From contig OZ242180.1 of NCBI GenBank assembly GCA_965205485.1, positions 1,664,001 to 1,728,000 on the forward strand: a DNA stretch of 64,000 bases, in the 5' to 3' direction. Both the position numbers and the translations under genes were made by a program. The stretch is from Candidatus Latescibacterota bacterium (GTDB taxonomy: Bacteria; Latescibacterota; UBA2968; GCA-2709665). Positions 1 to 10,629 of this stretch are shown in pieces (within the stretch, counting starts at the first letter, position 1; every line of letters begins with the position of its first letter). The notes beneath the pieces were generated by a model. That model was not told the DNA's origin and searched no databases. It worked only from the letters and a program-made list of their open reading frames with translations.

Positions 1-27
1 AATTTGGAAATCGGGACCACACAACAG

Positions 28-638
28 TTATTCACGCGTGCAGGAACATCGCCGCCAGGCTTTCAACCGATCCGGATTTTCAGGTACTTGTCAGCCGGAT
101 CCAGAACCGGGTTCAGCAGTTCGTATCGGCCTGAGCCTCTCAATGCGCGGCTTACGGACAGCGAGGCGCGGGCGCTGTTTGCATGCCCTGACGCCTGGAA
201 AGACCGATTCAGTATATTGAATCGGTCTTTTCTTTGACAATGCGTGAAGATATCCACAAGAGACAACCCGCAAAGGCTCTATAATATTCCAATTTTTTGT
301 TCCATGACTTCCATTAAACAACAACTACATGGATGTGAGGTATGTGGAGAACACGGAATTCGGGCGGTCTCATGCAGGAAAAACCGATGGCTGAAATGCA
401 GGGTCGTTATGGAAAACATGTGCATATACGGCGTGTTGTTCACGTGTTCGCCGTCGGCGTTCATCGAACCTGTCCTCTTCCACAATTTCTGCAGAGGATT
501 TTCCACATAGCCTGATTACAGTAATCAAGGGATGGGATATTTTCCTATTTATCGTATAAACATATAGTTGAATTTGTCGTCCAGACAACAGACCCACCCG
601 GATCGGCAATTGTTGTTCACAACGCTGATTGTGAATAA
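28..638. promoter_or_regulatory. Probable chromosomal replication origin (oriC): DnaA-box cluster plus AT-rich segment
   Basis: Matches to TTWTNCACA: perfect TTTTCCACA 499-507 and TGTGAATAA (reverse complement TTATTCACA) 630-638; one-mismatch boxes at 28-36, 250-258, 343-351 (minus), 476-484 and 613-621. AT-rich tract ~538-575. Lies directly upstream of dnaN-recF-gyrB-gyrA. Confidence 0.8.
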
Positions 639-889
639 ATGCTGGTGAATGGGGATGATGCGTTTTCCTGAAGGGTGCGTCTCCACGTCGGCTCTCCGTG
701 ACATTGACCTGGAGCGCCGACACCCCATCGAATCCGCTCCGGAATCTGCGCGGGATCCCGCTTCTGTCGGCAGGGAAACACTGTCGCTGAGACGGGGCAT
801 ATCGAGGGGGCGCCGAAGCGGCTGAAACGCGGTTCGGCGCGGTCCCGTACGGGGCGTTTCAAAAGAGGCTTTCCGGGGGACAATGATCG

Positions 890-918
890 TTGACAAATTC
901 GATAAAAATCAGTATATT
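890..918 (+). promoter_or_regulatory. sigma70-type promoter upstream of dnaN
   Basis: TTGACA (890-895), 17-bp spacer, TATATT (913-918), about 105 bp before the dnaN ATG. Confidence 0.7.
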
Positions 919-1024
919 ACGTTTTAGTAACCTGCGGCCGATCAAGCCGCTTTTTCCTGCGAATTCGATCCCCGAATTTCAACCGGTTTCTGGTGGAGTA
1001 ACGTCTGTTCCCGGGAGATCTAAA

Positions 1025-2224
1025 ATGAAGGTGGTTATTGAGCAGGATATGCTCATCTGGGGCATCAACTCGGTGCTGGATATCGTCCCGTCGAAAACAG
1101 CCCTCCCGGTGCTTTCGAATATACTCGTCGGAACGAACGAGAGTGGACAAGTGTGCCTGACAGCTACAGATCTGGATATTTCCATCAATTGTATGCTTGC
1201 GGGTGCCGTGGAAACACCGGGATCCACCACGGTTCCGGCGCGCAAGTTCGCCGAAATCGTCAGGGAGTTGCCCGAGGGCCCCGTGGTTCTCTCCGAGGCT
1301 TCGGGGCGCGTGACGCTTCAGTGCCAGTCGGGGCTGGAAGGATCCTATGCGCTCATGGCCGCGCCTGCTGAAGACTTTCCCGAATTGCCCGCCGAAATCG
1401 AGGGCCCAGAGATGGTTTTCGAACCCGGAGAAGAAACGCCCGAGGACGGGGGCGAGGGTCTGTTGTTGCGGGACATGATCCAGAAAACTTCGTTCGCCGT
1501 ATCCAGAGACGAAACCAGACCTGTCCTGAACGGCGTTTTCTGGAAAGTCGGCGGCGGCCGTATGACCATGGTTGCCACGGACGGCGCGAGGCTGGTCCGG
1601 TACTCCAGGAGCCACTCCCATTCAGACGCGCAGGAGGTATCAACGGAAGCAATTGTTCCCACCCGGGCGCTGAACCACCTGGTGAAGCTGGATTCCGCCG
1701 GATGCAGTCTGGACCGGGTGCTGTTCGGTCAGAATCACCTCATGTTCGATCTGCGGGCGGCCAATGGCTCCGAGACGGGCGCGGGGGGCGCCATACGTCT
1801 GTTTTCGCGGCTGGTCGAAGGGCCCTATGTCGACTACGAGCAGGTGATCCCCCAGGACAATACCACCAGAATGAAGGTACCCAACGGCCAGTTCATGCCT
1901 GCTGTTCGAAGGGTCTCTATCCTTTCAAGCGCGCAGACCCACCAGGTGCGTATTGAGATGAACAGCGACCGTGTCGTACTTTCGGCCTCAAGCCAGGAGA
2001 TTGGTGGCGAGGCGCGCGAGGAACTGGAAGCCGAATACAGCGGCGATGAAATGGTGGTCGGTTATAATTCGAACTATCTCCTCGATATTCTCAGACGTAT
2101 CGACTCCGAGGAGGTATTGTTCGAGTTGGACGGGCCGATGGCCGCGGGGATCATTCGTCCGGCCGAGCAGCCGGAAGGCGAAGACTATCTGTGCCTGCTG
2201 ATGCCGCTTCGGATAAACGACTGA
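1025..2224 (+). CDS. dnaN: DNA polymerase III beta sliding clamp
   Basis: Motifs LPVLSNIL, ATDLDI, DETRPVLNG, VATDG, SRLVEGPYVDYEQVIP and C-terminal LLMPLR. Start moved to ATG 1025 (GGAG upstream); the TTG at 890 is the -35 box. Confidence 0.97.
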   Translation: MKVVIEQDMLIWGINSVLDIVPSKTALPVLSNILVGTNESGQVCLTATDLDISINCMLAGAVETPGSTTVPARKFAEIVRELPEGPVVLSEASGRVTLQCQSGLEGSYALMAAPAEDFPELPAEIEGPEMVFEPGEETPEDGGEGLLLRDMIQKTSFAVSRDETRPVLNGVFWKVGGGRMTMVATDGARLVRYSRSHSHSDAQEVSTEAIVPTRALNHLVKLDSAGCSLDRVLFGQNHLMFDLRAANGSETGAGGAIRLFSRLVEGPYVDYEQVIPQDNTTRMKVPNGQFMPAVRRVSILSSAQTHQVRIEMNSDRVVLSASSQEIGGEAREELEAEYSGDEMVVGYNSNYLLDILRRIDSEEVLFELDGPMAAGIIRPAEQPEGEDYLCLLMPLRIND

Positions 2225-2303
2225 TGGGTGTGCATGGTCCTCCGGTCGGTCGGCCGCGGCGTTCGGAGCCTGCTACGGATAAACGACTGATTGGCGAAGG
2301 GTT

Positions 2304-3386
2304 TTGTACCTTACGGCGCTCAAGCTTGTCAACTATCGAAATTTCGATGCCGTAGACTTTGAGTTTCCGGGCCGGAAGACCGCGGTTTGCGCCGAAAACG
2401 GCGCGGGCAAGTCAAACCTTCTGGAAGCCGTTTATTTTCTTGCCATAGCCAGATCCGGTCGCGGCTCAAGAGACAGGGACGTCGTTCGATGGGGGGCGGA
2501 ATACTTCACCATCGAAGCGGGCGTGGTCTGCGAAGACCGCTTGAGATCGATCCGAATCGCGTTCGATCGACGCGCCGGCAAAAAAAAAGCGCTTCTGGAT
2601 ACAGCCCCGCTCCCCCGCCTTTCGAGCCTTGTCGGCACGTTTAACGCCGTTCTGTTCTTCCCGGAAGATGTAGACCTGGTCTTGCGGGATCCCCCCCAGC
2701 GTCGCCGTCTCCTGGACATCCTCGTCTCCCAGAGCAAGACCTCCTATCTGTCCGATCTGGATCAATACCGCCGTGTACTGGCCCAGAGGAACCGGCTGCT
2801 GAAAGAGGGTCAGGGACGCGCGCCGGATGCCCGCCATCTGGCGCCCTGGGACGTTCAACTGGCGGCACTTGGGGCGCGGATCATTCGCGACAGACTCGAC
2901 GCTTTGGACGCCATGCGTCCTCAGATCGACGAATACTATCGACAGATTTCTCGGGGCAGTGAACAGGTCCGATGCGTTTACCGAAGTGCCGTAAGTGCTG
3001 ACGAACGAGACCGCGGTCGGGAAATTCTGGAGGCCGCATTGAAGCACAGACGGGCAGATGAAGCGGACCTCGGCTATACGCTGGTCGGTCCGCACAGGGA
3101 CAACCTGGTTTTCACGCTGGATAGCAGAAGCGCGCACAAATTCGCATCCAAGGGCCAACTCAAGAGCATTCTGCTGGCCTGGAAACTTGCGGAGGCCGCG
3201 TATCTGAAGTCCCACACCGGCAGTTTTCCTGTGCTGTTGATGGACGACGTCTTCGCGGAGTTGGACCGGCACCGCTCAGATGCGGCCATGGAACTTGTCA
3301 CATCGTTCGGACAGGTGTTCATCACCGCCGCGCGAGAGCCCGGAATGAACCTCGAGGACCGCGGATTCGAACTGGTGACGCTTTAA
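2304..3386 (+). CDS. recF: DNA replication and repair protein RecF
   Basis: NYRNF, P-loop ENGAGKSNLLEA, GPHRD, ASKGQ and LLMDDVFAELD motifs; canonical position after dnaN. Confidence 0.96.
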   Translation: MYLTALKLVNYRNFDAVDFEFPGRKTAVCAENGAGKSNLLEAVYFLAIARSGRGSRDRDVVRWGAEYFTIEAGVVCEDRLRSIRIAFDRRAGKKKALLDTAPLPRLSSLVGTFNAVLFFPEDVDLVLRDPPQRRRLLDILVSQSKTSYLSDLDQYRRVLAQRNRLLKEGQGRAPDARHLAPWDVQLAALGARIIRDRLDALDAMRPQIDEYYRQISRGSEQVRCVYRSAVSADERDRGREILEAALKHRRADEADLGYTLVGPHRDNLVFTLDSRSAHKFASKGQLKSILLAWKLAEAAYLKSHTGSFPVLLMDDVFAELDRHRSDAAMELVTSFGQVFITAAREPGMNLEDRGFELVTL

Positions 3387-3400
3387 CCGCACGGTGCCGC

Positions 3401-3739
3401 ATGGAAAAAATCGAAGCCCGTATGCAACGGGTCGAACGAAGGTGCGCGGGCACCGTTTCCCTGAGAGTGGCCCTGGGGGAGGCCGTACGTACGCTGGGCA
3501 TCGGGTCGAAGCTCCTCGAGCAGCGCGCGTTGATGCTTTTGCCGGAGCTGATTGACGAGCTTGGCGGCGTACCCCGCGCGATGGCCCGACCGGCCGAGAT
3601 TCGCCAGGGGGAACTCGTCATCCGGATCACACGGGACGCGGTGCGCCACCGGCTGTCGATCGAGCGCCACCGCATACAGGCCAGGTTGAACGAGGCCCTG
3701 GGTCGGGAGGTCGTTACGTCCATCCGTTTCGGGAGGTGA
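3401..3739 (+). CDS. DUF721 / DciA-like protein
   Basis: 112 aa between recF and gyrB; C-terminal pattern G-ELVIRI...LNEALG..VVTSIRF typical of DUF721. Confidence 0.75.
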   Translation: MEKIEARMQRVERRCAGTVSLRVALGEAVRTLGIGSKLLEQRALMLLPELIDELGGVPRAMARPAEIRQGELVIRITRDAVRHRLSIERHRIQARLNEALGREVVTSIRFGR

Positions 3740-5770
<2,031 letters not shown>

Positions 5771-5824
5771 ACGCGTATGGCGCCTGCCCCGGCAACCCGC
5801 AGGGTCGGGAGCCGAATTGACTGA

Positions 5825-5867
5825 GAAGCTGTGTTAAAATTACCGGTGGGGAATTTAAGACAGCTTC
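5825..5867 (-). mobile_element. Internally deleted 43-bp copy of the MITE family in the gyrB-gyrA spacer
   Basis: Reverse complement reads GAAGCTGTCTTAAATTCCCCACCGGTAATTTTAACACAGCTTC, i.e. both ends of the 10313 element fused; flanks TGA/TAA. Confidence 0.7.
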
Positions 5868-5887
5868 TAACACGGGAGACACGAAGC

Positions 5888-8374
5888 ATGATGAGCGCAC
5901 GGCAGCGGATCGTCCCGATGGACATCGGCGATGAATTGAAGAAGTCGATGCTGGACTACTCCATGAGCACGCTGGTGAATCGTGCGTTGCCGGATGTGCG
6001 CGACGGACTCAAGCCCTCGCAGCGGCGCATCCTCATTGCAATGAACGACCTGGGCCTGGGGCCCACTCGACAGCACAGGAAGTGCGCCAATATCGCCGGG
6101 CATACGTCAGGGAATTACCACCCTCACGGCGAGGAAATCGTGTACCCCACGCTGGTCAACCTGGCGCAGGACTTCAAGCTTCGCTATCCGCTGGTGGACG
6201 GGCAGGGCAATTTCGGCTCGATCGACGGGTATCCGCCGGCGGCGATGCGGTATACCGAGGCGAGGATGGCCGGCGCGGGCAGCGAGATGTTGCAGGACCT
6301 CGACAAGGACACGGTGGATTTCAACCCGAATTACGACGAAAGGCTCGAAGAACCCGCTGTCCTGCCATCCCGTTTTCCAAACATGCTCTGCAACGGCGCC
6401 GTGGGCATCGCGGTGACGATGGCGACGGCGATTCCACCGCACAACCTCCGCGAAGTGGTCGCCGGTCTGGTGGCGCTGATCGACAATCCCGATCTGGAAG
6501 TCCTGGATCTCATGGAATACATCAAGGGACCGGACTTTCCCACCGGCGGCGTGATTTACGGGATGAGCGGCGTGCTGGAAGCCTACCGTACCGGCCGCGG
6601 GTTGATACGGGTGCGGGCGACCGCCGCCGTGGAGACCTTGAATAACGGACGCGAGAACATCGTCATTACTGAAATCCCCTACATGGTGGCCAAGGCCGCG
6701 CTGCTGGAAAAGATGGCCGACCTGGTTCGGGAGAAGCGGGTCGAGGGAATATCGAATATCCGGGACGAATCCGACCGCAAGGGAATGCGGGTTGTGGTGG
6801 AATTGAAGCAGGATGCCTATAGCGAGGTGGTCCTGAACCAGCTGTACAAACATACGCAGCTGGAAAGCACGTTCGGCGCGAATATGATTGCGCTGGTGGA
6901 CAGGCAGCCAAGGCAGTTGAATCTGAAACAGGTGCTGCAGCACTATATCGATCACCGGCACGACGTGGTCGTACGGCGCACTTCATACGAGCTTCAGGTG
7001 GCGGAGGACCGCGCGCATATCCTGGAAGGACTGAGAATTGCGCTGGATGCCATAGAGGAAGTCATTCGAATTGTCCGGGGGGCGGCCGATCCGGATGCCG
7101 CCCGCTCGGTCCTGATGGAACGTCTGTCACTGTCCGAGAGGCAGGCGCAGGCAGTATTGACGATGACCATACAGCGGCTGACGGGACTCGAACACCGCAA
7201 GATCGAGGAAGAATACGAAGCGCTGGTTAACGAGATCGCACGGCTCAAGTCCATCCTGGACAGCAGGCAGGAGCGAATGGGGATTGTAAGGTCCGAGCTG
7301 GCGGAAGTAGAAGCGAAATACGGGGACGAACGGCGGTCCAGCATTGTCCTGTCCGCTTCGGAATTCAACATCGAAGACCTGATTGCCGACGAGGATATGG
7401 TCATCACCATATCTCATCAGGGATATATCAAGCGAATTCCGGTGGACACCTACCGGCAGCAGCGCCGGGGCGGGCGCGGGGTGACGGGGATGCGGACCAA
7501 GGAAGAGGATTTCGTGGAACACCTCTTCATCGCCTCCACCCACAGCTACATTCTGTTTCTGACGGATCGGGGTCACTGTCACTGGTTGAAGGTGCACGAG
7601 ATTCCCGAAGGCGGACGCGTTTCCCGCGGGCGTCCTGTGGTCAACCTGATCGAGATCGGCGAGGGTCACAAAGTGGCCGCCATCGTGCCGGTCAAGGCGT
7701 TTGACGACGGGCGTTATCTGATGAAGGTGACGCGCAACGGACTGGTCAAGAAGACGGTCCTGCCCGCGTACAGCCGGCCCAGGCGCGCCGGAATCATCGC
7801 GATGAACATCCTGGACGACGACCGGTTGATCGGAGCCGAAATCACGAATGGGTCACAGGAAATCGTGCTGGCAACCCGAGACGGTCAGGCCATACGGTTT
7901 CACGAACACGACGTGCGCGATATGGGGCGGGGCACCCGGGGGGTGCGGGGAATCTCCCTCGAGGATGACGACGAAGTGGTCTGCATGGTGGTGGTGCAGG
8001 ACGCAGACAGCACCCTGCTTACGGTTTCCGCGAAGGGATACGGCAAGCGGACGGGGGTATCGGATTACCGGCTGACCCGCCGCGGCGGCAAGGGCGTGAT
8101 CAACATCAGGACGACCGATCGTAACGGCAAGGTTGTGGCGGTGAGGGGCGTGGAGGACGAGGATGAACTGATGATCGTGTCCCTGAACGGGATCCTGATC
8201 CGGCAGCCGATCCACGAAATCAGCTCGATCGGAAGGAATACGCAGGGCGTGCGGCTGATCAATCTCGACGATGACGACGAGGTGATCGACGTCGCGCGCG
8301 TGATTTCCCAGAATAACGGGGAAGGTGCGGAAGGGCTTCCGCCGGAGACCGGCCCCAACGGAGACGTGCAATAG
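5888..8374 (+). CDS. gyrA: DNA gyrase subunit A
   Basis: RALPDVRDGLKP, YHPHG, catalytic AAMRYTE, GyrA-box QRRGGRG and C-terminal beta-pinwheel repeats. Confidence 0.98.
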   Translation: MMSARQRIVPMDIGDELKKSMLDYSMSTLVNRALPDVRDGLKPSQRRILIAMNDLGLGPTRQHRKCANIAGHTSGNYHPHGEEIVYPTLVNLAQDFKLRYPLVDGQGNFGSIDGYPPAAMRYTEARMAGAGSEMLQDLDKDTVDFNPNYDERLEEPAVLPSRFPNMLCNGAVGIAVTMATAIPPHNLREVVAGLVALIDNPDLEVLDLMEYIKGPDFPTGGVIYGMSGVLEAYRTGRGLIRVRATAAVETLNNGRENIVITEIPYMVAKAALLEKMADLVREKRVEGISNIRDESDRKGMRVVVELKQDAYSEVVLNQLYKHTQLESTFGANMIALVDRQPRQLNLKQVLQHYIDHRHDVVVRRTSYELQVAEDRAHILEGLRIALDAIEEVIRIVRGAADPDAARSVLMERLSLSERQAQAVLTMTIQRLTGLEHRKIEEEYEALVNEIARLKSILDSRQERMGIVRSELAEVEAKYGDERRSSIVLSASEFNIEDLIADEDMVITISHQGYIKRIPVDTYRQQRRGGRGVTGMRTKEEDFVEHLFIASTHSYILFLTDRGHCHWLKVHEIPEGGRVSRGRPVVNLIEIGEGHKVAAIVPVKAFDDGRYLMKVTRNGLVKKTVLPAYSRPRRAGIIAMNILDDDRLIGAEITNGSQEIVLATRDGQAIRFHEHDVRDMGRGTRGVRGISLEDDDEVVCMVVVQDADSTLLTVSAKGYGKRTGVSDYRLTRRGGKGVINIRTTDRNGKVVAVRGVEDEDELMIVSLNGILIRQPIHEISSIGRNTQGVRLINLDDDDEVIDVARVISQNNGEGAEGLPPETGPNGDVQ

Positions 8375-8431
8375 TGTTCTGGGACAGAAATAGGTTGCCT
8401 GAATTCGGCAGTCGAGTCGCCCGTCTCGCAT

Positions 8432-8557
8432 CCCTTCGACAAACTCAGGAACCAGCGCATTAGCCCTGAGCCGCTCCCTGAGCTTGTCGAAGGGTCGGCG
8501 AAGGGATGTCGATTGGCCCATTGCGGATAGTGAAACGCGCGCATTTCGACAAGCTCA
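8432..8557. repeat. REP-like inverted repeat cluster (CCCTTCGACAAGCTCAGG family) between convergent gyrA and hom
   Basis: CCCTTCGACAAACTCAGG 8432-8449, inverted CCCTGAGCTTGTCGAAGGG 8476-8494, partial copy ~8545-8557. Confidence 0.8.
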
Positions 8558-8590
8558 ATGACCACGTTTCTGTGAGCGAAGGTAACGCCG

Positions 8591-9922
8591 CTACAGCGCT
8601 TCGATGCGAAGGATCTGCGGCGGCTCGGTGATTACGGACAGTCGATCGATTTGTTGAACCGCCGTACGCATGCTGGCTTCCCGAGCCTCGTGCGTGGTCA
8701 TGATGAGCGGCACGGTCCCCTGCTCGGTTTCGGACCTGCCGTGCTGGATTACGGTCGCGATGCTGATTTTCTGCTCTGAAAAGATGCGCGCGATCCTTGC
8801 GAGTACGCCGGGTTGATCGTATACGGTAAACCGGCAATAAAAGCTGGTTTCGACGTCTTCGGGTGGAATTGCTTCCGCCTGAGGCAGATCGGCCAGAGCC
8901 GGACTGCCCGCGGCACGACCGGTCAGACGGCGTTCGGCCAGGTCCAGCAGATCGGATACCACGGCGCTGGCCGTGGGCATCTGTCCCGCGCCCCGGCCGT
9001 AGAGTACCTGAGGTCCGGCAGCATTCCCCACGATCTCCACGGCATTGAATTCATCCTTGATATTTGCCAGCAGTGCGCCTGAGGGCACCAGGACGGGGTG
9101 GACGCGCGCTTCGATCCGGCCATGGATTTCTTTCGCAATGGCCAGGAGCTTGATGGTATATCCAAGCTCCCTGGCGAAGTCTATATCCAGGGGAGAAACG
9201 TGCGAGATTCCCTCTTTTAGGATCTGCGAGGGATCCAGGCTGACGCGGAAGGCGATGCGGCACAGAAGGGCGAGTTTCTGGGCGACGTCCGTGCCGTCGA
9301 TATCCATCGTCGGATCCGCTTCGGCAAACCCCTTTTCCTGGGCCTTGCGGAGCATGCCTTGAAAGTCACCGCCGTTATCCGCCATCCTGGTAAGGATGTA
9401 ATTGGTGGTTCCGTTGAGAATCCCGTAAATGGACTGAATCCGGTTTGCGGCCAGGCCATCCGTGAGTGAACGGATAACAGGAATGCCGCCGCATACGCTG
9501 GCTTCGTAGCCAATGTTTGCGCCATTGCGCGCCGCGGCGCCGAACAGGTCGTTTCCGTGTTCCGCGAGCAGGGCCTTGTTCGCGGTGGCCAGGTCTTTGC
9601 CGTTCTCGAGCGCTTTCAGACAGAATCCCCTTGCGGGGTCGAGGCCTCCCATCACTTCCACCACGATCCGGATATCGGGATCGTCCACGACCTCGCTGGC
9701 GCTGGCCGTGAGGATTCCAACGGGCAGATCGCTTTCGCGCGATTTCGAGACGTCTTTCACGGCGATCCGCCTCAGGTCGAACGTCACGCCGCGAATGGAG
9801 CTGAAATAATCCGCACGCTGATTTAGAATGCGTACGACGCCGGCGCCGACGACGCCCAGGCCGATGAGACCGATACCGATGGGTCGGTGGTTGGGCATGC
9901 TGGAATCCATGCTCCTGATCAT
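8591..9922 (-). CDS. hom: Homoserine dehydrogenase with C-terminal ACT domain (true start may be 9898)
   Basis: GLGVVG Rossmann motif, TANKA, EASVCGGIP, NGTTNYIL, GFAEADP, GRGAG and ACT-domain DQPGVLA. Confidence 0.95.
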   Translation of the reverse strand: MIRSMDSSMPNHRPIGIGLIGLGVVGAGVVRILNQRADYFSSIRGVTFDLRRIAVKDVSKSRESDLPVGILTASASEVVDDPDIRIVVEVMGGLDPARGFCLKALENGKDLATANKALLAEHGNDLFGAAARNGANIGYEASVCGGIPVIRSLTDGLAANRIQSIYGILNGTTNYILTRMADNGGDFQGMLRKAQEKGFAEADPTMDIDGTDVAQKLALLCRIAFRVSLDPSQILKEGISHVSPLDIDFARELGYTIKLLAIAKEIHGRIEARVHPVLVPSGALLANIKDEFNAVEIVGNAAGPQVLYGRGAGQMPTASAVVSDLLDLAERRLTGRAAGSPALADLPQAEAIPPEDVETSFYCRFTVYDQPGVLARIARIFSEQKISIATVIQHGRSETEQGTVPLIMTTHEAREASMRTAVQQIDRLSVITEPPQILRIEAL

Positions 9923-10080
9923 GCGTTGAAGTGGTTACCCGGAACTCGTTTCCACTGAGGAATACAGCCCGGGATACGGACGAAATTCCGATAACGGACC
10001 AATATAAGACAAAGGGCAGCCGGAGGCAAGGAGGGACACCCGATGAATCGCGCTCCGGCGTGGGATTTGCCTGAAAAGGC

Positions 10081-10109
10081 TTGACAGCATCAGGGGGCTG
10101 TGTTATCTT
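10081..10109 (+). promoter_or_regulatory. sigma70 promoter for tRNA-Asp
   Basis: TTGACA, 17 bp, TATCTT with an extended -10 TG. Confidence 0.65.
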
Positions 10110-10157
10110 TACGCCCGCTCAAAATGCGGTAGATTCGGGCATGGGTACCAACGATGC

Positions 10158-10236
10158 GGGGTAGTAGCTCAGTATTGGTGAGAGTGCAGGCCTGTCAAGC
10201 CTGAGGTCGCGGGTTCGAGTCCCGTCTACCCCGCCA
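10158..10236 (+). tRNA. tRNA-Asp (GTC)
   Basis: Acceptor stem GGGGTAG/CTACCCC, anticodon arm CAGGC-CTGTCAA-GCCTG, T-arm GGTTCGAGTCC, G73 and encoded CCA. Confidence 0.96.
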
Positions 10237-10312
10237 TATAATGCGCTCGGAAGACCTCCTCTGACGCGTCCCGATGTTTCGCGGGATAGCGGATTCCCAC
10301 CACTTCCTTTCA

Positions 10313-10462
10313 GAAGCTGTCTTAAAATTCCCAGCGGTCTTCGCGCGGCTGCAAAAGCGGCGGTCGGCGTTGGGTATAGACAAATATGGGCGGATTTACC
10401 CGCCTTGACCGCCACTTTTTCGCTCGCGCTCGGGAACTCACCGGTAATTTTAAAACAGCTTC
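10313..10462 (+). mobile_element. MITE (150 bp) with terminal inverted repeats and a 3-bp TCA target duplication
   Basis: GAAGCTGTCTTAAAATT...AATTTTAAAACAGCTTC flanked by TCA (10310-12) and TCA (10463-65); homologous copy at 34618. Confidence 0.85.
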
Positions 10463-10629
10463 TCATGGGAGAGGGTGGTTTTTTTGTATTTGCATCGGTA
10501 ATGCCCGACTCAACGCAGGGTCGGGCCTTTTGGTGTTGGGGTTGGCCAGGGTATTCTGACCCTGGGCATTCGTCTCCGGCGTCTTTTCGTACGGAAGAGG
10601 GAACGCGAACGGGGTCCCGGGGAACTTGA

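Noticed and set aside
4..237. Possible dnaA 3' fragment
   Set aside because: No DnaA domain IV motif (e.g. RDHTTV) in the listed ORFs; the region contains DnaA boxes and looks non-coding.
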